Shown here piece by piece: positions 51,357 to 62,255 of a stretch of 64,000 bases of DNA. The translations under genes and the position numbers were made by a program. The notes beneath the pieces were generated by a model. The model was given only the letters and a program-made list of their open reading frames with translations, ran no database searches and had not been told where the DNA came from. Within the stretch, counting starts at the first letter, position 1; each line of letters starts with the position of its first letter. Source of the DNA: Rhodobiaceae bacterium (GTDB lineage: Bacteria; Pseudomonadota; Alphaproteobacteria; Rhizobiales; TMED25); assembly GCA_018651345.1 (NCBI GenBank), contig JABIEF010000073.1:7318-71317 (forward strand), given 5' to 3'.

Positions 51357-51863
51357 ATGAAAATTGTAATATCACCATTAAGTTTAGCAAATAAGATGAT
51401 TGATAAATATAATGCAAATTATATAATTTCAATCTTATCTCCCGGTGCGTTATTTCCAGTATTTAATAATATTAAAGATGAAGATCATCTTAAACTATCA
51501 TTCAACGATATTATCTCACCCAGACAGAACCTAATTGAACCCTCCTTAGAACACGTAAAAAGTATTATAAATTTTTCAAAAAGATGCGATAAGAGTGATA
51601 CTCTTTTGATACATTGCTATGCCGGAATATCAAGATCAACAGCAGCCGCATTAATTCTATATTCTTATTATAAAAATAACCTAAGCGCAGATTCAATGGC
51701 AACAGAATTGATGTCTTTGTCTCCTTGCGCGAATCCTAATAGTTTATTATTAGCATTTGGTGACCGTGTGATAGGAAATAAAAATACTTTAATGCAATGT
51801 CATATTTTATTGAAAAGACCAAAATTAGCGTATGAGAATGAACCGTTTATTTTAAATTGCTAA
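51357..51863 (+). CDS. Predicted protein-tyrosine-phosphatase-like protein
   Basis: P-loop HCYAGISRS (CX5R), F.DI, A.PN. Confidence 0.85.
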   Translation: MKIVISPLSLANKMIDKYNANYIISILSPGALFPVFNNIKDEDHLKLSFNDIISPRQNLIEPSLEHVKSIINFSKRCDKSDTLLIHCYAGISRSTAAALILYSYYKNNLSADSMATELMSLSPCANPNSLLLAFGDRVIGNKNTLMQCHILLKRPKLAYENEPFILNC

Positions 51864-52087
51864 TAAATTAAATAAATATTTAATATATAAAATATATAAA
51901 CTAAATTGATTTATTGTAGTTTAATTATTATATATAAATATGATGATTAAAAGTTGTTTACAGTATAGGATTAATATAATTATATATAAATATAGTAGTT
52001 GTAATTTAAATACTAGGGCGTATTGGTGAATATACCTATATACAGACATTCAATGAAAAAAATAATAGCAAATCAAAGAGTATTATA

Positions 52088-53104
52088 ATGGAAACCTCAA
52101 TAGAAATTCCAAATCTCGAATATAATAATGATGTTGCAAATGAAATGGCTCCGTATTACGAAAAGGTAAAGTCAGTAATACCAAAAATCGAATGGCCTGT
52201 TCACGCTCCTTATATAAAGGCAATCAATGAGTTAAAAAAACAAAGAAATGCAGTACTGTTAGCACATAATTACCAAACGCCAGAAATATACCATTGTGTA
52301 GCAGATTTCGTTGGAGATAGTCTCGCATTGTCAAAAGAAGCTGCAAGAACAGAAGCAGACATAATTATTCAATGCGGCGTGCATTTTATGGCAGAAACAT
52401 CAAAAATACTAAGTCCAAATAAAATGGTCTTAGTACCTGACCTAGATGCAGGTTGTTCTCTTGCAGAATCTATTACCGGAGATGATGTAAGAAAACTAAA
52501 ACAAAAATATCCAGGAGTTCCAGTTGTTACATACGTCAACACTTCTGCGGATGTTAAAGCCGAATCTGATATTTGTTGTACATCAGGGAATGCATTAGAA
52601 ATAATAGAATCACTTGGTGCTAAAAAAGTATTATTTCTCCCAGATAAATATCTAGCGCAAAATATTGCTAAACAAACAGATGTTGAAATTATTTGGTGGG
52701 AAGGCAGTTGCATAGTTCACGAACTATTTACCCCCGAAGAATTACATCAAGCGAGAGAAAACGAAGAGGATTTAATAATAATCGCTCATCCAGAATGCCC
52801 ACCTAACGTTGTTGAGGCTGCAGATTTCTCAGGTTCCACAGCCAATATGATTAGTTATATCAAAGAAAATCAACCAAAAAAAGTTATGATGGTTACAGAG
52901 TGCTCAATGAGCGATAATGTTTCTGCCGTAAACCCAAATGTTCAATTTATAAGGCCTTGTAATCTCTGCCCTTATATGAAAAAAATTACATTACCTAAAA
53001 TATTAGATAATTTAATATATCTTAATAATGAGGTTAAAATTGACCCCCTTATTGCAGCAAAAGCTTTTAATGCAGTTGATAGAATGATAAATTTAAAAAT
53101 TTAA
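52088..53104 (+). CDS. nadA: Quinolinate synthase
   Basis: LAHNYQ, GDSL.L, CGVHFMAE, AGCSLA, YVNT, HPEC, CPYMK. Confidence 0.97.
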   Translation: METSIEIPNLEYNNDVANEMAPYYEKVKSVIPKIEWPVHAPYIKAINELKKQRNAVLLAHNYQTPEIYHCVADFVGDSLALSKEAARTEADIIIQCGVHFMAETSKILSPNKMVLVPDLDAGCSLAESITGDDVRKLKQKYPGVPVVTYVNTSADVKAESDICCTSGNALEIIESLGAKKVLFLPDKYLAQNIAKQTDVEIIWWEGSCIVHELFTPEELHQARENEEDLIIIAHPECPPNVVEAADFSGSTANMISYIKENQPKKVMMVTECSMSDNVSAVNPNVQFIRPCNLCPYMKKITLPKILDNLIYLNNEVKIDPLIAAKAFNAVDRMINLKI

Positions 53105-53120
53105 ACTAGGATCAGTAATC

Positions 53121-54644
53121 ATGACAGACAAAAATACTGTCATTATAATAGGAGCTGGTCTTGCAGGACTATTTACAGCATTAAAACTAGCTCCATTAAA
53201 TGTGAAAGTTATATCATCAAAGTCCCTAGGGTCTGGCACTTCTAGTCAATGGGCTCAAGCCGGGATAGCCGCCGCTGTTGGTCAAAATGACTCTGCAAAT
53301 TTACATAAACATGACACGATATCTGTTGGTGCTGGAATAGTTGATGAATATGCTGCCGGGATTATGGTTGAGGCTGGACCAAATAGAATTAATGATTTGA
53401 TAAACTTAGGCGTTCCCTTCGATAAAGAATCTAATAATAAACTTCTATTAAAAAAAGAAGCTGCACATGGCATAAATAGAATAGTTTCTGTTAATGGAGA
53501 TATGACCGGAAAAGCAATAATGAAAACGTTGTCTGAAACTGTTAAAAAATCAAATCACATAGATGTCATAGAAAATTTTAATGCCGTTGAATTATTAAAA
53601 GATCAAGATGGTATTTTTGGAGTTGTTATACAATCGAATCTAGATAATAAAAAAGAACAAAGATTATACTCTAGGAATATTATTATAGCTACTGGTGGCA
53701 TTGGCCAATTATATGAAGTGACAACTAATGCAATAGAAGCTAAAGGTGATGGTATCGCTATTGCAGCCCGTATCGGTGCAGATTTATCAGACTTAGAGTT
53801 TGTACAATTTCATCCAACTGCATTTAATATAGGGATTGACCCTGCCCCCCTTGCAACAGAAGCCTTGAGGGGAGATGGAGCTAAAATTATAAATGAGAAT
53901 GAAGAAAGGTTTCTTTTAAGAAGTCATCCAGAAGCAGAATTAGCTCCTAGAGATATTGTTGCGCGAGCAATCTATAATGAGATCAAAAGTGGACATAAAG
54001 TGTTTTTAGATTGTAGAGGGGTATTAGGAAAGAGCATGAAAGAAACATTTCCTACAGTCTATAATTTTTGCAAAAAAAATAACATTGACCCAGAAAAAAA
54101 ACCTATTCCTATTGCTCCTGCAGCACATTATCATATGGGAGGTATTACTACTGATGCGAACGGTAAAACAAATATAGCTGGATTGTGGGCATGCGGAGAA
54201 ACAGCTTCAACTGGTGTGCATGGTGCAAATAGATTAGCATCAAATTCTTTGCTTGAGGCAATAGTGTTTGCATCTATAATAGCAAAGAATATAAAGTCTT
54301 TACCTAACAAAAATCTTATTATTAAAAATAATAAATTTTCTCAATCTAATGTAGTAGAAATTAATTCAAAAGACCTAAAAATTCTAAAATCAATAATGAC
54401 AAATAAAGTTGGGGTAGAAAGAAATGGGAAAGAATTAAATGAAGCCTTTAACGATGTCTCGATATTAAATCAAAAATATAAAAAAATTAATCAAATAAAT
54501 AATACTATTATAACCTCACTTCTTATAATTAAATCTGCTATAAATAGAAAAGAGCATCGTGGAAGTCACTATAGATCGGATTTTCCAGAAACTAATTCAT
54601 TGTTAAAAAATAGAAGCAAAATAACAATTAAAGATATAACCTAA
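53121..54644 (+). CDS. nadB: L-aspartate oxidase
   Basis: GAGLAG, S.WAQAGIA, QFHPT, EALRG, LAPRD, HY.MGG, HGANRLASNSL. Confidence 0.95.
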   Translation: MTDKNTVIIIGAGLAGLFTALKLAPLNVKVISSKSLGSGTSSQWAQAGIAAAVGQNDSANLHKHDTISVGAGIVDEYAAGIMVEAGPNRINDLINLGVPFDKESNNKLLLKKEAAHGINRIVSVNGDMTGKAIMKTLSETVKKSNHIDVIENFNAVELLKDQDGIFGVVIQSNLDNKKEQRLYSRNIIIATGGIGQLYEVTTNAIEAKGDGIAIAARIGADLSDLEFVQFHPTAFNIGIDPAPLATEALRGDGAKIINENEERFLLRSHPEAELAPRDIVARAIYNEIKSGHKVFLDCRGVLGKSMKETFPTVYNFCKKNNIDPEKKPIPIAPAAHYHMGGITTDANGKTNIAGLWACGETASTGVHGANRLASNSLLEAIVFASIIAKNIKSLPNKNLIIKNNKFSQSNVVEINSKDLKILKSIMTNKVGVERNGKELNEAFNDVSILNQKYKKINQINNTIITSLLIIKSAINRKEHRGSHYRSDFPETNSLLKNRSKITIKDIT

Positions 54645-55498
54645 TGATAAAAATTGATCCAATTCCACCTCATATAATAAAAAAGTCCGTCAAGTATGCT
54701 ATCGCAGAAGACCTAGGTCAAATAGGCGACTTAACAAGCAACTATCTTATTAGCAAAGATCAAGAGAATGAATGGGTAATTACGTCCAATCAAAATGGAA
54801 TAGTTGCAGGAATAAACTGCGCTGAATATGCATTCAGTTTTATTGACAAAGATATATGTTTCAATGCTTTTATTGATGACGGAGAAAAAGTTATAACAGA
54901 TACTAAAATAGCATCAATATCTGGAAGAAGTTTATCTATTTTAACGGCGGAAAGAACTGCCTTAAATTTTATAGGACACTTATCAGGAATTGCTAGCGAA
55001 ACAAATAAATATGTTGAATTGACAAAACATACAAAGGCCAAAGTTGTCTCAACAAGAAAAACAACTCCAGGAATAAGGGCATTAGAAAAGTATGCCATAC
55101 GTTGTGGTGGAGGATTTAATCATAGATTAGGCTTAGATTATGCAATTTTAATTAAAGATAATCATATCGAAGCAGTAGGTAGCGTAAAAGAAGCCTTAAA
55201 ATTAGCAAAACAAAAAGCTAGTCATTTAATGTCTATTGAAATTGAAGTTGATACTATCGAACAATTAGAGGAAGCACTAATGTGTGATGCAAAGATAATA
55301 CTTTTAGACAATATGACAATTGATAACTTAAAAGCTGCAGTTAAAATGAATAATGGGCGGGCTATCTTAGAGGCATCAGGTAATATAAACGAAAATAATG
55401 TATTAGAAGTTGCAGAAACAGGTGTCGATATAATATCAATTGGAAGATTAACTCATTCTTCGCCTTCATTAGACATAAGTTTACACTGTAGCAGATAA
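54644..55498 (+). CDS. nadC: Quinolinate phosphoribosyltransferase
   Basis: ERTALN, TRKTTPG, HR.GL, LIKDNH, EVD, LLDN, EASG. Confidence 0.97.
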   Translation: MIKIDPIPPHIIKKSVKYAIAEDLGQIGDLTSNYLISKDQENEWVITSNQNGIVAGINCAEYAFSFIDKDICFNAFIDDGEKVITDTKIASISGRSLSILTAERTALNFIGHLSGIASETNKYVELTKHTKAKVVSTRKTTPGIRALEKYAIRCGGGFNHRLGLDYAILIKDNHIEAVGSVKEALKLAKQKASHLMSIEIEVDTIEQLEEALMCDAKIILLDNMTIDNLKAAVKMNNGRAILEASGNINENNVLEVAETGVDIISIGRLTHSSPSLDISLHCSR

Positions 55499-55500
55499 AT

Positions 55501-58188
55501 TTATTTATTCTTTATCATTATCTCTGCTTGCGCTGCTGAAAGTCTTGCAATTGGAACTCTATAAGGAGAACATGAAACATAATTCAATTTACTCTCAGCG
55601 CAAAATTCAATAGAATTCGGATCCCCTCCATGTTCGCCACAAATGCCTAATTTTATAGAATTATTTTTTGCCCTACCTCTTTCAACTGCAATTTCTATTA
55701 ACTCGCCGACTCCCTCTCTGTCGATGGATACAAATGGATCTCTTTCAAAAATACCATTTGAAATATAGGAGTCCAAAAATCTTGAAGAGTCATCTCTACT
55801 AATCCCGTATGTAGTTTGAGTAAGATCATTTGTTCCAAATGAAAAGAAATCTGCAACTTCAGCTATCTCAGCAGCTTTCAAAGCCGCCCTTGGCAACTCA
55901 ATCATAGTTCCAACTGTATAGTGTAATTTTAATTGGTATTCATTTTCTATTTCCCTAGCAACACCATCAATCAGATGCTTAACAATCTCTAATTCTCTTC
56001 TTGAGGCAACTAAAGGCACCATAATTTCAGGTTGAACTTTTTTCCCTGATTTTTTATTAATTTCAACACAAGCCTCAAAGATTGCCTTTGCCTGCATCTC
56101 AGGTATTTCTGGGTATGTTATTGCCAATCTACATCCTCTATGCCCTAACATTGGATTAGATTCAGACAGCTCTTCAATTCTTATTCTTAATGTGGTAGAA
56201 TCAACACCTAATGCAGTTGCTACTAAATCTATATCTTTCTGTGTATGTGGTAAAAATTCGTGCAACGGAGGATCTAGGAGGCGAATGGTCACTGGCAATT
56301 CATCCATAACCTCAAAAAGATCTAAAAAATCTTTCTTTTGCATGGGCAAAATCTTTAACAAAGCTTTCTTTCTACCCTCTACATTATCAGCTAAAATCAT
56401 TTCACGTACTGCATTTATCCTTCCTTCTTCAAAAAACATATGCTCAGTCCTACACAACCCTATTCCTTCAGCACCAAAACTTCTTGCTACCTCAGCATCA
56501 ATCTTTGTTTCAGCATTAGCTCTTACTCTAAGCTTCCTAAACTTATCTGCCCATTTCATTAGTTGAGAAAAGTCTCCTGATAGCTCAGGATCCTTCATTT
56601 TTACCTCACCTGAAATTATTTGGCCACTTGAACCATCTATTGTTATTATATCACCGACCGTGAACTTGAGATCACCAATTATCAATATTTTGTTTACATA
56701 ATCAATTCTAAGCGACCCTGCACCAGAAATACATGGGCGTCCCATTCCACGGGCAACAACTGCTGCATGACTTGTCATACCACCTCTGGTTGTTAATATT
56801 CCTTCAGCAGCATGCATCCCATGAATATCCTCAGGACTTGTTTCAATTCTAGTTAAAATCACTTTTTTTCCATCGTTTGCTAATTTTTCAGCTTCATCTG
56901 CGCTAAAAACAATCTCACCAGAGGCAGCGCCTGGTGAAGCGGGGAGACCGGTAGCCACTACATTCAGCTCTACATCTTTATCAATGGTTGGATGAAGCAA
57001 TTGATCTAACTCGTTAGGATTTATTCTAGATACAGCTTCTTCTTCAGAAATCAAACCTTCTTTAACAAAATCTACAGCAATCTTTATTGCAGCTTTGGTT
57101 GTTCTCTTGCCCGATCTAGTTTGAAGCATCCATAAACGGCCTTCTTGAATAGTAAATTCAATATCTTGCATATCGCAGTAATGGCTTTCTAAATTGTCTG
57201 CAACTTCTTTTAGTTCCTTAAACACGTCTGGCATCAATTTTTCTAGTGATATATCTTCAGAACCCGATTCAATTCTAGATAGCTCTGAAATATTTTGCGG
57301 TGTTCTAATCCCCGCCACAACATCTTCGCCCTGAGCATTAACAAGAAACTCTCCATAAAATTCTTTATTTCCATTCGATGGATTGCGAGTAAATGCGACG
57401 CCTGTTGCACTATTATCATCTAAATTACCATATACCATAGCCTGCACATTAACAGCTGTACCCCAATGATCCGGTATATCATTTAATTTCCTATAAGTTT
57501 TTGCTCTATTATTCTGCCAAGAACCAAAAACTGCTGATATCGATCCCCATAATTGTATATTAACATCTTGCGGAAAAGGCTCACCATGCTCTTCTAATAA
57601 TTGTTTTTTATATTCGCCTACAATACTCTTCCAATCTGTATCGTTTAAATCAGTATCAAGGATATAATTATTATCACTCTTGTAATCTTCAAGAATATCC
57701 TCAAAAATATGATGCTCTACCCCTAAAACTACATTCGAATACATCTGTATAAATCTACGATAAGAATCATATGCAAATCTTGCATCTCCAGATTTTTTTG
57801 CCAATGCTTCGACTGTAATATCATTTAATCCTAGATTTAATACTGTATCTAACATACCTGGCATAGATGATCTCGCACCAGATCTTACAGAAACTAATAA
57901 AGGATTTTGGTCACTTCCAAATTTTGAATCAACTATATCTTCAATTTCCTTAATCGCATTATTAACTTGATCATTTAATTCATCTGGTAAATTAGAATTA
58001 TTTTCATAATACGAAGTACAGACTTCAGTTGTAATAGTAAAACCTGGAGGAACAGGAAGCTTTAAAGAACACATTTCAGCTAAATTAGCCCCCTTACCAC
58101 CCAATAAATTACGCATTGAAGTGTTGCCTTCTGTATTCTTTCCACCAAAAGTATATACCCATTTAGTCATTTGTTTAAAATCCTTCAT
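55501..58188 (-). CDS. ppdK: Pyruvate, phosphate dikinase
   Basis: LGGKGANLAEM, VPPGFT, GEDVVAG.RTP, GGMTSHAAVVARG, GLCRTEHMF, CGEHGGDP. Confidence 0.97.
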   Translation of the reverse strand: MKDFKQMTKWVYTFGGKNTEGNTSMRNLLGGKGANLAEMCSLKLPVPPGFTITTEVCTSYYENNSNLPDELNDQVNNAIKEIEDIVDSKFGSDQNPLLVSVRSGARSSMPGMLDTVLNLGLNDITVEALAKKSGDARFAYDSYRRFIQMYSNVVLGVEHHIFEDILEDYKSDNNYILDTDLNDTDWKSIVGEYKKQLLEEHGEPFPQDVNIQLWGSISAVFGSWQNNRAKTYRKLNDIPDHWGTAVNVQAMVYGNLDDNSATGVAFTRNPSNGNKEFYGEFLVNAQGEDVVAGIRTPQNISELSRIESGSEDISLEKLMPDVFKELKEVADNLESHYCDMQDIEFTIQEGRLWMLQTRSGKRTTKAAIKIAVDFVKEGLISEEEAVSRINPNELDQLLHPTIDKDVELNVVATGLPASPGAASGEIVFSADEAEKLANDGKKVILTRIETSPEDIHGMHAAEGILTTRGGMTSHAAVVARGMGRPCISGAGSLRIDYVNKILIIGDLKFTVGDIITIDGSSGQIISGEVKMKDPELSGDFSQLMKWADKFRKLRVRANAETKIDAEVARSFGAEGIGLCRTEHMFFEEGRINAVREMILADNVEGRKKALLKILPMQKKDFLDLFEVMDELPVTIRLLDPPLHEFLPHTQKDIDLVATALGVDSTTLRIRIEELSESNPMLGHRGCRLAITYPEIPEMQAKAIFEACVEINKKSGKKVQPEIMVPLVASRRELEIVKHLIDGVAREIENEYQLKLHYTVGTMIELPRAALKAAEIAEVADFFSFGTNDLTQTTYGISRDDSSRFLDSYISNGIFERDPFVSIDREGVGELIEIAVERGRAKNNSIKLGICGEHGGDPNSIEFCAESKLNYVSCSPYRVPIARLSAAQAEIMIKNK

Positions 58189-58212
58189 TATTTAAAGTAA
58201 AGAAGCAATACA

Positions 58213-60300
58213 CTAAAAATCTATTACAGAAAAATCTGCTATTTTTTGTGTAAAAGAACGAATTCCTGCTAATAATTTTAATCTATTATCTTTTGTTTCT
58301 TTTTTATCCACATTAACTATTACAGAGTCGAAGAAGTTATTTATTGGTTTCGTAAAAGCTAACAATAAGTCCTCGTAGATTTTTTTATCCCCCTTTTTAT
58401 ACACAGAAATATCAATATGGGAAAGTTTCGTTAATACATTATACAATTCTTTTTCTTCATTAAATTCAAAAAAAGATTCGTTTATAATACTATCAGATGC
58501 AGAGTAATCATTCTTCCTTTCCTCAGCTTGTAGTATATTATGTACTCTTTTAATGGCTTTAACGAAGTCTATGCCTTCAATTGATTTAATAAAATTATTT
58601 AGTAATTTTATTTTTTCTGATAATAAATATAAATCATCTACTTCTTGCGCATTAATCGTAGCATCTATAACTTCTTTTCCGATACCATATTCTCGCATAT
58701 ATGTACGCAATCTATCTAACAAAAAATCTATTAAATCAGCACATATATCGTTACAATTAATATCTATTTCATCAGACAAAATATCTTGAGATTTATTTAT
58801 AATTTGACGTATTGGAACCTCTATCTGACTTTCTATTATAATTCTAATTATACCATTTGCAGATCTTCTTAAAGCAAATGGATCTTTAGACCCAGTAGGT
58901 TTCTCGTTAATAGTCCAGAAACTAACCAACATATCTATCTTCTCGGCCAAAGCTATGCTTATAGAGACAGAAGAAATTGGCAATAAATCACCACTACCAA
59001 CAGGCAAATAATGCTCTCTAATTGCATCAGCAACAATACTATCTTCACCTTGTTCAATAGCATAATATCGACCAATAGTTCCCTGGAGTTCTGGAAACTC
59101 AGAAACCATACCAGTTTGGAGATCTGCCTTCGATAAATAAGCAGCTCTAGAAACTAATTCTACATTGGCACCAACAAATCCTGCTATCAGCATTGATATA
59201 TTCTTTATTCTAATAACTCTATTATACAATGTTCCTAATTTCTCATGAAATACAACTTCTTGCAATCCTTGAACCCTATTTTCAAGTTTGGTTGAAAGAT
59301 CCTCCTCCCAGAAATACAAAGCGTCATAGAGTCGTGCACTTAGAACTCTCTGATTACCATTAATTATTGATTTTCCTAGATCTTGTGAATCAATATTTGA
59401 TACAACTAAAAAATTGTTTGTCATTTCATTTGTTTTTTTATCAAAAACAGAAAAATATTTTTGATGATTTCTCATAGAGGTTATCAATACCTCCTCTGGC
59501 AGCATTAGAAATTTGACATCAAAGCTTCCCAATAAAACAACTGGCCATTCAACTAGTCCTGCAACCTCATTCAAAAGAGTTTCATCTTCGTGAATTATAA
59601 GATTTCTATCTGCCATAATCAATGAAGCTTGCTTATTAATTTTGTTTTTCCTCTCAATAATATCAACGTCCACATAACTGCTCTTTAAAGACTTATGATA
59701 CTGATCAATGGTATGTATCTCTATGGAATTATTTGCCATAAATCTATGGCCAAAGGTAATATTAGTTGCCTTCATATTATCAATTTTAAAATCTAAAATA
59801 GTTGTTCTGTCTTTAAAAATTAATATTCCTAAAATATTCTTTAGAGGTCTCACCCATCTCAAATCTCCATTTCCCCACTTCATTGACTTTGGCCAAGGGA
59901 AATTTTGTATTATATCAGGCATAATCTGAGAGATAATTTTATCTGCATCTCTTTTAGGTATTTTTCTATGAAAAGAATATCTACTTCCTTTCGTTCCAGA
60001 CTTTATTTCACATTGATCTACCGTAGATAGATTATTTGAATCTAAAAAACCCTTAATAGCAGTTTCCGGAGCATCTGTTCTAGGTCCAAGTTTTTCTTCT
60101 AGGGTTTCTTTGCTAAATGCATCCACATTACGCAAAATAAGAACAAGTCTGCGTGCGGAATAATATGTATGCGGACTGTCAAAGCTCAAGCCATTTTCTT
60201 TTATTTTATTAGACACTAACTTTAACAGGTTGTCTGCTGCTGGGGCTTGCATCCGAGCTGGAATTTCCTCTGATAGCAATTCAATTAAAAGATCTGGCAT
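58213..60300 (-). CDS. glyS: Glycine--tRNA ligase beta subunit
   Basis: EEIPARMQ, WPKSM.WG, EV.GLVEWP, EFPELQG, PTGSKDPFALRR. Confidence 0.96.
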   Translation of the reverse strand: MPDLLIELLSEEIPARMQAPAADNLLKLVSNKIKENGLSFDSPHTYYSARRLVLILRNVDAFSKETLEEKLGPRTDAPETAIKGFLDSNNLSTVDQCEIKSGTKGSRYSFHRKIPKRDADKIISQIMPDIIQNFPWPKSMKWGNGDLRWVRPLKNILGILIFKDRTTILDFKIDNMKATNITFGHRFMANNSIEIHTIDQYHKSLKSSYVDVDIIERKNKINKQASLIMADRNLIIHEDETLLNEVAGLVEWPVVLLGSFDVKFLMLPEEVLITSMRNHQKYFSVFDKKTNEMTNNFLVVSNIDSQDLGKSIINGNQRVLSARLYDALYFWEEDLSTKLENRVQGLQEVVFHEKLGTLYNRVIRIKNISMLIAGFVGANVELVSRAAYLSKADLQTGMVSEFPELQGTIGRYYAIEQGEDSIVADAIREHYLPVGSGDLLPISSVSISIALAEKIDMLVSFWTINEKPTGSKDPFALRRSANGIIRIIIESQIEVPIRQIINKSQDILSDEIDINCNDICADLIDFLLDRLRTYMREYGIGKEVIDATINAQEVDDLYLLSEKIKLLNNFIKSIEGIDFVKAIKRVHNILQAEERKNDYSASDSIINESFFEFNEEKELYNVLTKLSHIDISVYKKGDKKIYEDLLLAFTKPINNFFDSVIVNVDKKETKDNRLKLLAGIRSFTQKIADFSVIDF

Positions 60301-60349
60301 TTAAATTAACATTCCTTTGTTATAAATAATCTAATTATATTACCCGTTA

Positions 60350-61243
60350 TTACTTATTCATAAGCCAAGCATCGGCTGATGATTTGGCTAAATTTCTTAC
60401 TCTAAAGATATAGGATTGTCTTTCTGTAACAGATATGACCCCCCTTGCGTCTAATATATTGAATAAATGTGAAGCCTTAATACATTGATCATAGGCAGGT
60501 AAAGCTAACCCAATTGATGCCAACCGTAAACCTTCATCTTCACAATCTTTAAATTGTCTGAATATGTAATCAGTATTAGCCTCTTTAAAATTATAGTAAG
60601 AGAACTCCTTTTCAGACCTTTTAAAAACATCCCCATAAGTAATCTTATTTTCATCTTGTAGTCCGTTATAATTTAAATCATAGACATTATCTACTTCTTG
60701 AACGTACATAGCTAATCGTTCGAGTCCATATGTTAATTCTCCAGGTATTGGATTACATTCATACCCACATACTTGCTGAAAATAAGTAAATTGAGATACT
60801 TCCATTCCATCACACCAAACTTCCCATCCTAAGCCCCAAGCGCCCAATGTTGGGCTCTCCCAATCATCTTCAACAAACCTAATATCATGTAAGTCCTTAC
60901 TAATGCCTATCTGATTTAAGCTCTCTAAATACAAATCTTGTATGTTATCTGGAGACGGTTTTAATATCACTTGGAATTGGTAATAATGCTGCATTCTATT
61001 TGGATTTTCACCGTACCTGCCATCAGATGGCCTTCTTGATGGTTGCACGTAAGCAGCATTCCAGGGGTCAGGACCCAAAGCCCTTAATATCGTCGAAGGA
61101 TGGAAAGTGCCAGCACCAACCTCCATATCATAAGGCTGAAGTATAGTGCAACCAACACTTGCCCAATAATTTTGTAATGTTAAAATTAGACCCTGAAAAG
61201 AATTTTTTGGATCCAATGAACTTTTGCCATCTATATTACTCAT
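60350..61243 (-). CDS. glyQ: Glycine--tRNA ligase alpha subunit
   Basis: [43 protein letters not shown]. Confidence 0.97.
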   Translation of the reverse strand: MSNIDGKSSLDPKNSFQGLILTLQNYWASVGCTILQPYDMEVGAGTFHPSTILRALGPDPWNAAYVQPSRRPSDGRYGENPNRMQHYYQFQVILKPSPDNIQDLYLESLNQIGISKDLHDIRFVEDDWESPTLGAWGLGWEVWCDGMEVSQFTYFQQVCGYECNPIPGELTYGLERLAMYVQEVDNVYDLNYNGLQDENKITYGDVFKRSEKEFSYYNFKEANTDYIFRQFKDCEDEGLRLASIGLALPAYDQCIKASHLFNILDARGVISVTERQSYIFRVRNLAKSSADAWLMNK

Positions 61244-61354
61244 AATGCTTAAAACTTTTTTATTAATTAAGATTTTTATATTATCCTATTATCTCCAAAT
61301 ACTAATCAGATATCGAATACAACCATAATATAAAAAATTAAAAAAATACTTAAA

Positions 61355-62164
61355 TTATTTAACTATAATATAATTTGATTTTGATAAATCAATAGTTGCT
61401 CCATTTCTTAACACATATTCAGCTTGTTTTGTATAAGAACCATCATTGTCGTGTAAAATTAATGGTGGCAATAATTTTAACTCAGATCTACTGCCTTTTT
61501 TTGCTTGAACAATTACCCTTGAGGCGTTAGATGTGATTTTTGGCATTATTGGTAGAATATTTATTTCGCCAAAAGATTTATTTAGTGCAATTAACAGCTC
61601 ATCCAAAGCAGACATCCTGTTAATTATTGTAATTGTACCTTTTTCGACCAAAATTTTAGAAAGTTTATGGATCCAAATTGTAGAAGTGCCTTTGGACGAA
61701 ACTTTAGCTATTTGATTTTTATAATTAGATGGCAATTGTACTCTACCACTTTCATAATACGGCGGGTTCATTAATACATGATCGAATGGAAAAGGGAGGT
61801 TTAATTTTTTAATTGATTTAGAGCTTAAATCTGAAATATCCATTTTTACAAAATTTGATATCTTTTCTAAATTATTAAATTTTGAATTATAGTTAGCATA
61901 AGAAATATTCATTTCATCCAAATCGATACCACAAATATTTATATTAGAAACTCTTGTCGCCACAGCTAAAGCGGCCGCCCCGTTGCCGGTTCCTGCATCC
62001 AAAATATTATCACTTTTCTTTGCAGGTACCGCGGCAGCTAGTAACATGGTATCAGAAGTAACTCTCGCACCTTCAGTTGATTGTTTTAGAAGTAATCGCC
62101 CACCTAAAAATTCATCCGTAGAGTGTGTTGCCTTTATATTTATTCCTTTATTCATAAAATCCAA
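61355..62164 (-). CDS. tRNA1(Val) A37 N6-methyltransferase-like SAM methyltransferase (TrmN6/YfiC family)
   Basis: D.FLGG, D..LLAA, LDAGTGNG, NPPY; divergent from the polyprenyl synthase gene. Confidence 0.85.
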   Translation of the reverse strand: MDFMNKGINIKATHSTDEFLGGRLLLKQSTEGARVTSDTMLLAAAVPAKKSDNILDAGTGNGAAALAVATRVSNINICGIDLDEMNISYANYNSKFNNLEKISNFVKMDISDLSSKSIKKLNLPFPFDHVLMNPPYYESGRVQLPSNYKNQIAKVSSKGTSTIWIHKLSKILVEKGTITIINRMSALDELLIALNKSFGEINILPIMPKITSNASRVIVQAKKGSRSELKLLPPLILHDNDGSYTKQAEYVLRNGATIDLSKSNYIIVK

Positions 62165-62255
62165 TTACAAAATTCATTAATTTAAGCTATACAAAGAAAT
62201 ATAAAAAAAAATTTAAACATTAATAAAAAAATATATTATAATTAAAGTAAATAAA

